DNA of 64,000 bases from Lama guanicoe (taxonomy: Eukaryota), in contig MU054187.1 in NCBI GenBank assembly GCA_013239625.1, forward strand, positions 9,569,231 through 9,633,230, written 5' to 3'. Every line of letters begins with the position of its first letter. The first letter of the stretch is position 1. The notes below the pieces were generated by a model. The model was not told the origin of the DNA. It made no database searches and was given only the letters and a program-made list of their open reading frames with translations. Shown here piece after piece: positions 13,510 to 23,180 of this stretch. The position numbers and the translations under genes were made by a program.

Positions 13510-13872
13510 AGAGCCATGTTTCTCAAATTTTAATGTACAAAAGAATCACCTGGGAATCTTGTTTTCATGCAGATTCTAATTCAGTAAGACTGAGAAGGAT
13601 CCCAAATTTTGTTTCTAATAAGCTCCTAGATGATGTTGATGATGTTGGTCCAAGGACAACATATTGATTAACAAGGATTTAGAGACCATCTAATGGGTGG
13701 TTCTGCAAGTGGCATCCCTGGAGCAGCAGAACCACCTGGGAGCATGCTGAAAATGCAAATTTTGGATCCCACCCAAGACCTATTGAATCAAATTCTGGGG
13801 TGGGGCCCAGCAATCTGCTTTAATAAGCCTGCGCCCAGGTGATTCCAGTGCACCCTGATGGTAGAGAACCTC
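13510..13872. mobile_element. Two adjacent MER5-like hAT-Charlie elements
   Basis: Characteristic text TTTCTCAAA...AGAATCACCTGGGA...ATGCAGATTC, and GGTTCT...TTGAATCAAATTCTGGGGTGGGGCCCAGCAATCTG. Confidence 0.65.
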
Positions 13873-15965
13873 AGATCTACTGCAAGCACCCCCCTGCCAA
13901 CTTACAGAAGAGGAAATTGAAACCACGGAAACCGTGTGACCTACCCAAGGTCGTGCTGCTCATTAGCAGCAGAACTGAGATTAAATTTCAGGTCGCCTGA
14001 TTTCCTAGCTAATTGCCTCTTTCTCCTAGAGAATAATTTCTTCCCAACTGTCTAGTTTTAGGGGCTACTTTCCTCCCTAAGTAGCCTGTAGAAGCTTGGA
14101 CGGGAAGAGGAGAACAGTAAGTTATGAAATAGACCGACTCTGCCCACCATGTGACAGTCAGCTCACGCAGGGAATGTGCTAGTCAGGTTTAAAAAAAAAA
14201 AAAAAAAGACTGAGCTGGGCATTGATTCAATTCCTTCAGCTCCCACAATCTGACAGATTCCAGAGGGGATGAGAGGGAGGGAGAGTTTCTGAGTCAAAGC
14301 CAGACCCCAGTGTTCTCCATAGGAAAGGTTTAGCACCGACCTTGGGCATGAGTCTTCCATCCTCCCATCAGAAAATGTGTCTCCAGGGATCTCAGATCTA
14401 GAGACCTGTTTCTTTTCTGAGCTACAGGAGAAGCCTCCTGGATGCTGTAGCCTTCTCTCATGGGAGAAAGATGCTCTGGGGAACTCTGGAAGTAGTGGGA
14501 ACTCTGAAGGCAGAAGCCCAGCTGAGAAACCCTCTCACCCTGAGGCTTTGAGCAGATAAGCCTCAAGTGACCAGAAATGGGCCTAGGGGAATCGGCCACT
14601 GGAGGAAACTCTCCACCAAGATTTCCTCAGATGTCTTAGAATCAACTTGTTCAAAGGGAACTTGTCCTCCATCTTTAAACCTTCCTTTTCAGCTGGGGCC
14701 ACCATCCATCTTTCCAGCAAGCCGCTAGGATGTTTACCCCAACGGCCCCTTGTCCTCCCCACCTCCACTCCACACACTAAACCAGTGTCCACTCCTGGGC
14801 CTGTCTTGCCCTCCCTCTTGGTACCTACCTCAGGCTACCTGGGCTCAGATTACCTTCATCCCTTATGTGTAGCAGCCAACCCTGGTCCTCCACTACCATC
14901 CCTCTCCCCCCACAATCTGCTTCTGCCACCCCTCTGCTTTAAATACTGTGTTCTCCACACCCCCAACTGCCCTCCAGACCATGCCCAAGGCCCTCCAGGA
15001 CCTGTCCTCTGCTCATCTCTCCTGTGGGACACTTCCTGTGACACTCCTGTCCCTGCCAGCCAATAAAAAGAACAACCCTGAGCTGTAGTGAAATTCTGTG
15101 ACCACTCATTCTATCCTGTTAGAAGACATGGTTCTCTCTGCAGACTGCCCTCCCTGTGTCTCCCCACCTGGCAAATTCCTCCCAGACTGGGTGAGGGGGG
15201 GTCCCTCGGTGAAGTCTCCCCAGGCCTGCAAGACCACAAACAGGGCAGCATGCCAGTCCCTAGGTCATCCCTACCTGGCTTCGTCGTAATTGCTATGTGT
15301 CTCTAAAGCCTCCATTTCCTCGTCTAGGAAGTGGGGATGGCTGTGAGATCCCCCTGTGAGGGCAGTGGTGAGGGTGAAGTGAGACAGGGCTTGTATCTCA
15401 CACTCAGCACAGTGCCCGCCACAGAAAGTACTCAGACAGGAGCTGCTGTCCTCACTTAGGCCAGCACGCTGCACGTCGTGGTTTGCTCTTGGTAATCGTG
15501 CAACCCCATTTTACTGGCACTGAGATGTTTCCCTCTGGGTGGGGGGCAGTATTTCTTTACGCTGTGTTCTGGCCCAGGAGGGACTAGACTGAAGCCCAGC
15601 TCTCCCCACCTCTCACCAACTACCTCAAATCAACAGCTGGATTCCCAGAAATGGGTGATCTCAGAAATAAAGGCACAGAAGGAAGGTTCTCATGTACGAT
15701 GTCTCAGGACTCTGATAAACCCCCCCCTTCCCACATTATGAGGCTTACTTCCCAACAGCAGGCAGGACTTGTGGCTCATTTTCACAGGTGATCCCTGGAC
15801 AGTTGCCCCATTGCCTGACCCTAGTGCCTGATGGTGCTGCCTGGTACAAAGGCCGTTAGAAATTCCCGGCTTGTGATGGACTAGCTAACGAGCTAATTGA
15901 TGCAGAACCAGGGGGAGGTGGAACACAGGACCACTGAGTAACATCCCTTCCATTCAACTTTGCAG

Positions 15966-16027
15966 TGGGGATTTCTGAACCCAAATCAGCAAATATGTGT
16001 GGGAATCGAGCATACGGAAAAGCTTTG
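15966..16027 (+). CDS. VXN: Vexin coding exon 4 (VGISEPKSANMCGNRAYGKAL)
   Basis: Acceptor TTTGCAG ending at 15965; donor GTAAGT at 16028; 62 nt, phase 1 to 0; matches recalled VGISEPK...CGNRAYGK. Confidence 0.92.
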
Positions 16028-18464
16028 GTAAGTAAAATAAGCCTGGTAAGTTGTATCTGCTGTGCTTTAAACTTCTTGTCCTGTCCCTGCCATGAAGAGA
16101 CCAGGTGTCCTTTGCTCCTGGCCTGAGGGTCATTAGAAGAGCCTAGCTGAGGGTTCCCAGCTCCGAGAGCCATCAGCTGGCGGCACACCACTGGCTGCCG
16201 CTCTCCTTCTTGCCAGAAATTCAGCTCTTAGGCCAGCAGAAGGCATTACCTAGCAGACATCTCGAGCAGGGGGCAGCAAAGCAGTTTCTGTGGCTGGCCC
16301 CCGGCAGATGGAAATGGCTGATGAATTCCCAGGCGCGGCTACAGGGGTAAAGAGATGCACGGGTCTCGAGCATGGTGAAAACACAAACACCATCGTCTCA
16401 AGCGGACTTGGGCCCAGGGAGCCGCTGAACCACCCGCAGGCCCAGCACCTCCTGCGAGGCGCTCTGGGGCAGGTGTCCACCCAGTTGTCCCGAGCTGGAT
16501 CCAAGTGGCCACAACTTTATGTTTCCTCCTTGCTCTGTCACGGCATGTGGGTGCCCAGAAGGGTGTGACCTCTGCAGCCAAGGACACCTGAAGGAACTGA
16601 GAGTCACCTGCTGTCCCCCCTCCCCGAGCTGAGTGGCTCGTCCTTCCCTGAAGGGGGGTCAGGCCGTGCGTGTCTGGGTCTAGCTTTGCGTCACCCTGAA
16701 AAAACACATCTCCATCATCTTCTGGGCATGAGTGTGGGTGCCCTCTGGGTTAGCACAGGAGGAGCCGGTGGTGGCCGGAGGTGAGGTCAGCCCGGGCCTC
16801 CTGGGCTCTGTGGGCATCAGCTCTCAAGACTCATGGATCGTGCCCTGTGAGAACTAGAAGAGACTGGAGAGAGTGTCTGGGTCAGCCTTTGTCCTTATGA
16901 CACAAACTAGACAGAGATGTGAGCACTTCCCTGCTGATCTGGGCGGGAAATTTGAACCAGTTATCTCTTTTAGGTCATCCCGAACACCACCCAAAGGGCA
17001 GGGATGGGCAATCAGGAGCCCCCTGCCCCAACCTAGTACCCAGGGGAAACAGGATGGCTGGGCCATGGCCAGAGTGAAGGCTGTCGGGCTGTGACAGCTC
17101 AAACAGCTGGCCTCGGCTGAACCCCAGGCTAAGGGGAAGAGGGCAGCTCACTGCCTTGGATGACCTGCTCCCAGCCCCCGGGCTGGGCTCCAGACAGTGC
17201 CCGTCGCAGAGAGGTAGCTGCAGCTGGGAGGCCAGTGCCAGGAGAGGTGGGCCAGCATGGTGATGGGACGTGGTCACAAAGGAAGGGGCAACAGTAGCAC
17301 GGAGAACAAAGAGTCGGCATGACTGATCCTATCCTCTGGGCCTGTGATAGTGGGGCTGGGGTCCTGCAGCTCATCAGAGGCCCACTATCCCAGGGCGGAG
17401 GGCAGTTCAGAGCTGGAGCAGCTAAATCTGATCCGATGCTAAAACGCGCTGGAGGAAATCAGACTGCAGACAGAGGACAGCGGAGGGCAGGAGTGGGGCT
17501 GGATGGACTAAGAGGCATGTTTCCAGGGCTGCCGGCACAACGGAGAGGGACAGCTCCCGAGAGGCCACAAGGTGGCACAGTAACTCTGCCCACTACCTCC
17601 AACCAGCGAGGGAGAGAAGGCGGGGTGAATCCTGGTGTCCTCAACTTGGAATTTTCCAGCAATTCTAGGGATGTAGTGACCTTAAACTTTCCCTGGGGCT
17701 TGGGGTAGAGGAGCAGAGCAAAGGTCCATTGACAGAACAAACTCTGAACTTAGCCCTGCTTAGGCCATCAGTTACTGTTCAGTTCAGGATACGGTTCTTA
17801 AGCACTCACTGCCTCCTTTAAGGAGAGCTGGGGGTGGGGGGTGCCCAAAGGGTTAAGCCCCAGACCTTGTCGCAGCCATGCCAGTCCTGGGGAGAGTACA
17901 GAGCACAAGAATCAAGCAGAGACCCAAAAAGAGAATTGGTGGGATGCCAAAACATGTCACACCGGGGCCAAAAGACAGAGAGAGATCACGCTGGGCACCA
18001 GCCTGAGGGAAGGCTGCCTGGACAAAGTGGCCTTGAAGGGCAGGCAGAGCTGGGGCTCGATCCAGAGAGCGAAGGAAAGGCTGGGTGAGGATGCGGAGTT
18101 GTGCGTGAGAGACAGGAAGAGCAGGACCAGCCCTGCGGGGACCCGCCCGGAGAAACAGAAAGCAGAGCGGCACAGAGGGGGTGGAGCACGGTTTTGAGGA
18201 GCCGGGAAGAGCAGGGTGCAGAGCTGGCCTCCGTCTGCCCTGTAGTGGGGAGACTGTCCGATTCCAGGAGGGTCTGGGGTATGTGGTGGGTCTGGTGGGA
18301 AACAAGACAGGCCCTGAAGGCTGCAGCCCAGGAAAGGGAGAGGGTGGCGCTAACCTCAGCAGTATTTCAAAGCAAGAATCTGCAGGATTTGACAACAAAG
18401 TGGACACGGGCCTCGGGGGTGCAAGGGGGACAGAGTCCTCGGGTTGGACTGAGTTGCTCTCTTT

Positions 18465-18566
18465 TTTTTTTTAATTTCCTATACTACTTTTATTTATTTA
18501 CTTATTTTTAAACATTTTTTATTGATTTATAATCATTTTACAATGTTGTGTCAAATTCCAGTGTAG
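18465..18566 (-). mobile_element. Young 102-bp 5'-truncated L1 3' tip in VXN intron 4
   Basis: Poly(T) tail plus L1 3' UTR end; perfect 15-bp TSD TGAGTTGCTCTCTTT at 18450-18464 and 18567-18581. Confidence 0.85.
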
Positions 18567-18789
18567 TGAGTTGCTCTCTTTCAAGCGTCTCTGGGTCGGT
18601 GGTTCTCAAAGTGGGGTCCTGGGACTAGCACCACTTAGGACCCTGTTAGAAATGCAGATTCTACTAAGATAGAAACGGGAAGTCAGAAGTTTGGTGTCTG
18701 CTGTGGTGTGAGGATACCCTTCGAACGGCTGCAGTCGGTGCCAGAGTTGGGAACATGGGACATCCTCACACTCCCTTCTCCCCACCCAG

Positions 18790-18881
18790 ATGCCCCCGGT
18801 GGCCCGGATCTCCGTGAAAGCCCCAGGCGTCCTGGAGGCTGCAGCCCCGGGCCCTGAGAACGGAGCTGCTCTGACCAGAGG
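18790..18881 (+). CDS. VXN: Vexin coding exon 5 (MPPVARISVKAPGVLEAAAPGPENGAALTR + 2 nt)
   Basis: Acceptor CCCTTCTCCCCACCCAG ending at 18789; donor GTGAGT at 18882; 92 nt, phase 0 to 2, which fits exon 6. Confidence 0.9.
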
Positions 18882-20214
18882 GTGAGTGCTGTGCCTCCGG
18901 CCTTGCGGCCTCGGGGCTCCCCACCCGCTCCTGTCAGCCTGCAGCAGTGAAGAGTAACAGGTGGCCGCTCAACAGACTCTCAAGATGCTAAAACAAAATC
19001 CACGCCAGCTGTAAATTCCCTTTTAATGAGGGCAGTAATCCTGGGTCTCTGCAGCGCCTCATCGTTTCCCTGGGATTAAGCTGAAGTGTTTCTGATGGCT
19101 TCCACCTCATTAACGCCACTCTTTAGACTTGGAGAAGTGTCATTTGGGAGGGGTTTTGGTTAATTAGATAAATGTAATCGCAGGCCATATTCAGGACCTC
19201 CCGAAGGCATGCCGGTGTGAGAAATGCCTCATGAATCAGGTTCACGGTCCCCACTCAAAGGTAAAAAGTACAAATGTTTCAAACCAAATTTATAACCCCC
19301 ACGTTACTATTAACTCTGATCCGGAAACAGCAGTGAGAGTAGCAGGAATGACAGTGCCCCTGCAATGCCCTCACTGCCTCCACTGGGGCACTAAGAAGAC
19401 GGCAGGAGGCTTAAACTCAGTTCACCGTGTGCACTTACGCCCCCATCACACTCCTCCAGGCTGGAGGGAGCGGAGAAGTGGTTTCGGGGATGGGGAAGGA
19501 TGTGGGCTTTTGACTCAGATCTGTCTGCTTGCCCGGCACCGCCACTGACTGACTATGATTTCAGGCAAGTTATTCAGACCTTCAGGTCCTCATTTATTTA
19601 AGAAAAAAATCAAACCAAAAATGGGGATGATAACAGGACCCCTCTTGGGGGGTTACTGTGAGAATTGGATGAACTAATGCGTGCAGAGCCTGGCACAAAC
19701 CATTGCCTCATTTTTCAAGAAACAGTCTGGGGGTCGGAAAGGCACGTGCTTGGGAAAGTGTTAGGTGCTCACATGTGAGGGACCAAGAGCCACCATATGG
19801 CCCTGAGGGGCGCACACCCTGAAAGCTGAGGGAGTTGAAGGAGAAACAGACCCCCGTGAAGCCCTTCTCGATGAAAGAGAGCCATCAAGAGTGAGTGGGA
19901 AAAACCAAGTCACTCAATGTATTGAGTTCTAATTGGAGAAGAGTAAGAAAATCATTTAGATTGTATTAAGTTCTAGTAGCAAATTGTCCTGAGCAGCAAA
20001 GGCTGTTGCTGACTGCGGCAGTAAGCCAGCAAAAGTGGACCGCCGTGCCTCAAGAAAGGCCTGCTTTTCCATCCACATGGCTGCACTGCAGAGGGTTCTA
20101 AATGGCCCCTTTCTCTCTGAGCTTAGACATTCTCATTCCACTTTGCTCCTGGTCCCTGGCTATTGAAAATAAAACCCATGTCTTTCCCAAAAGAGGAGCA
20201 AGTGAGAAGAAAAA

Positions 20215-20410
20215 TGAACATTTACTGAGGTCTACAAGGTGCTGGATGCTTTCTTACCTTGCTGCCCTCCTCACAAGAGCCCTGTGAATTAGATGAAATT
20301 ATCCCCGTTTCACACGTGAGGAAACTGAGGCTGGTCAAGGTTAAGTCTCTTGCCTGAGGTCACACAGTAAATGGGAGCAGGACTCAGCCCCAGGGCTCAT
20401 GCGCTTTCAA
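20215..20410 (-). mobile_element. MIR (representative; similar remnants near 1940, 3230, 5500, 15300, 19550, 21600, 26160, 33860, 34490 and 54960)
   Basis: MIR core text CCCGTTTCACACGTGAGGAAACTGAGGCT...GGTTAAG...TTGCCTGAGGTCACACAG. Confidence 0.7.
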
Positions 20411-20742
20411 TAGCTGATGCTTTGCAACATCTGCTTTTTCCAGCAAGATGGCTCGTGGGGTGGGGAGAGTGGGGAGTAGAGTTTGGAACAAGAGCAGAAC
20501 TTGGGACCCTTCAGCCAGTGTGCCCAGGGCCACGTCCTTCCCTCCCCCAATGCAGGGACCCCCTGGGGGCGGGAGAGGGGGTGTCACTCCTGCGTGGGTC
20601 CCAACAGGGACCCTCCACCCTGGTCACAGGTGTGGGAGCAAAGGAGGGGCAAGGGCTCTGGCTGTTCTTCCCGAGGGCAACCAGTAAAAGTCTGGTTCAG
20701 CAATGTGACTGCTCTCCCCACCCACCCCTGGCTTTTCTTTAG

Positions 20743-20926
20743 ATCCAGACACCTCAAGAAGATGACTGAAGAGTACCCAACCCTCCCGCAGGGAGCAGAA
20801 GCCTCCCTGCCACTGACGGGAAGTGCTTCCTGCGGCGTCCCCAGCATCCTGCGGAAAATGTGGACCAGGCACAAGAAGAAGTCTGAGTATGTGGGAGCTA
20901 CCAACAGCGCCTTTGAGGCCGACTAA
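20743..20926 (+). CDS. VXN: Vexin coding exon 6 (SRHLKKMTEEYP...RKMWTRHKKKSEYVGATNSAFEAD, stop)
   Basis: Acceptor CTTTTCTTTAG ending at 20742; TAA at 20924-20926; C-terminus matches recalled vexin. The six exons sum to 612 nt (203 aa + stop). Position next to MYBL1 agrees with known mammalian synteny. Confidence 0.95.
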
Positions 20927-23180
20927 AGGCGACCCTCCCCGGGGGCCCTGCACTGGCCCCCATTCACCGCACAAGGGGAGGAAACTTCCGGATTGGAGCT
21001 GAGCCACATTCACCTCTGCTAGTCGCTGGTCCACACGCATCTCCCTCCTATACTAACCGACCGCCCTGGCTTAGGACTCGGGAAAGAAACTGCCCTCGAA
21101 GGCAAAAGAAAACTGTTTCTTCTTAGAATCGATAAAGCCATTGGTCTGAAAGTGACTTCGGGAGGTCACAAAGTTTATATCCTTATCTTTAAGCAAAACC
21201 GCACCCAAATCAAACTTTCCCAACCCATCTTAAAGTCCGCCAAGGAAGGAAGCGGGCAGTTCCCCAGTTTTCCTTCCGAGTTGTTCTGATTTCTGGCATA
21301 AATGTTTCAGAGCTTGACGTTTGAGGCACTGTAAACACGAAGGTTTCTCACTGTTCCTGTTATATTTATTTTACCTAGTGAGGTATGATTTTTAGTGGCA
21401 AAGCACTATATACATATTTACTTAGTAGTTCTAACATTCATGTGAGAGTATCGTCAAGATCAATTTTGATGATCATTTGGCATGATTGCATGAATTCTCT
21501 ATTCTTTTACATGCAGTTTTTCTATAGAAAAACATGATTAAAATTCTGAATGCTAATGTTTTTCAGAAGTGGCACAGTCTAGTGGAATTGATAATACCTT
21601 GCTTTGGTATAATGATGTTAACTTTTGAAAGTGCTCTCCCATGTATTACCTCTTAAATTCACAAAATCCCCATTAAAGAAGGCACAGTTATTCCCAGTCT
21701 ACAGACGAGGAAGCCAAAGTCTTAAGAAGTTATGTGACTAGATGCCAGAGAGTGGGCCTAGATATGAGGTCCTCAACTTCTCTGTCAGCCTCCTTGCTTT
21801 GCTTGCCCTAGCAATTGATTTGAGGGCGGTTTTGAGGGGTTGGAGTATGTCTTTGGAAGCAATCTTTGAAGGAAAGGATTTGACAAAGTTAGAGTAAGTA
21901 AGTGATATAAATGAAATACATCATTATGTACCAGATAGAACAAGAAGAAATTGCTGTTTTTTAGGTCAAAAATAACTGATGATCAATTTCATATGGTTCA
22001 GCCTAATGTATGATATTCTTCTTGCGATGGAAATGTCATCCATTCCATTGTCAACATCAGTAGCCCTAAAATGACAGTATGATAATGGTAGCTACCACTT
22101 ATGCCTACTGTGTGCCAGGTGTGATACTGAGCACTTTATATACGTCATTGCAGCCTTTCTATCAACTCTGAGTTAGACGGCCTTCCCCACTTGACAACCC
22201 CACTTTAAAGCAGTTACGTGATTAGTCTGAAGGCACATAACCCCGATGGGCGTCAGGCTCCCATGCCTGTTACAGCTTCTCCTTCACACAGAATATTCAG
22301 AACACAGCGAAGCACCAAGTTTAGTAAATAATTTTCATCTCAAATGCTAAACATACTTGATTGGCAACGCCGCCTGCAGTGCTGTGTGGGGCTGGAACCA
22401 GAGACAGAGGAGTGCAGTGATCAACTGGTAATGCCTGTGGGGCGGATTCGTGGCTGTGCCTCCTGTGTTTGTCCTCTGTGGTCTCAACTCTGCCCCCAGG
22501 AGGCTTGTGTTCTAATTCAGAAGCTTGAATTAATCCAACTCATTTAACAAAGCCTAAGACTAGGTTAGAAATTGCCATGTCTTGGTACAAAGGAGACTTT
22601 GGCCGCATTACTGGTCTTGGACTCAACTATTACTCGTATGCTGCTGCTCTGTGGCCACGTGTTGCTTTCTGCTCTCTTAACTGCCTGTTTCCATATCTCC
22701 AGGTAAAATGTAAGAAGTCACGGGACATAAGAGGCCTGGGTTTCAGGGCTTCCACCTCACTGCCCTCTGCTCTTCAAATATTGTTTTAGGCTCTGAACGC
22801 CCAGTCCTCCCATCGGAATATGATTTGGAGATTTGAGCATCAAGTGCTCACTCACTGAGTGCCCCAGTGGACTGTGTCACAGTCTTACACTGTGTAGATA
22901 AGGGGGCCCAGAGCAAAGGGAGGGAGGAAACATGTGGTTTACACCGAACCTGTCAGAATATCCTAGGACTATTTATTTTAACTTATTTACTTTATAACTG
23001 ATGTCCTCTATTTGTATGTGACAGCTGGAGATCTATGTAGGATGGAACTTATTTATTTTTCATTTAAATAGTTCATGATTAAAGTGTTTGCCTTGTATAG
23101 AACATTTTAATTGGCCAATTCAAATAAAAATAAAGGATGTTTTGTTCGTGACATTAATAAATCATCACAAGAGTATGCCT
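20927..23180 (+). other. VXN: Putative VXN 3' UTR (about 2.2 kb; end approximate)
   Basis: Follows the stop codon; AU-rich segments; ends at a cluster of poly(A) hexamers. Confidence 0.6.
23123..23161 (+). terminator. VXN poly(A) signal cluster (AATAAA x3)
   Basis: AATAAA at 23123, 23129 and 23156, with ATTAAA at 23078. A possible proximal ATTAAA lies at 21537. Confidence 0.65.

Noticed and set aside
17853..18407. 184-aa ORF antisense to VXN intron 4
   Set aside because: Pro/Leu/Arg-rich reverse translation of purine-rich, repeat-like DNA; no homology recognised.
20483..20742. 87-codon open frame upstream of, and in frame with, VXN exon 6 (ORF 20483..20926)
   Set aside because: Starts at TTG with no in-frame ATG, resembles nothing I recognise, and a strong acceptor at 20742 explains the real coding part.
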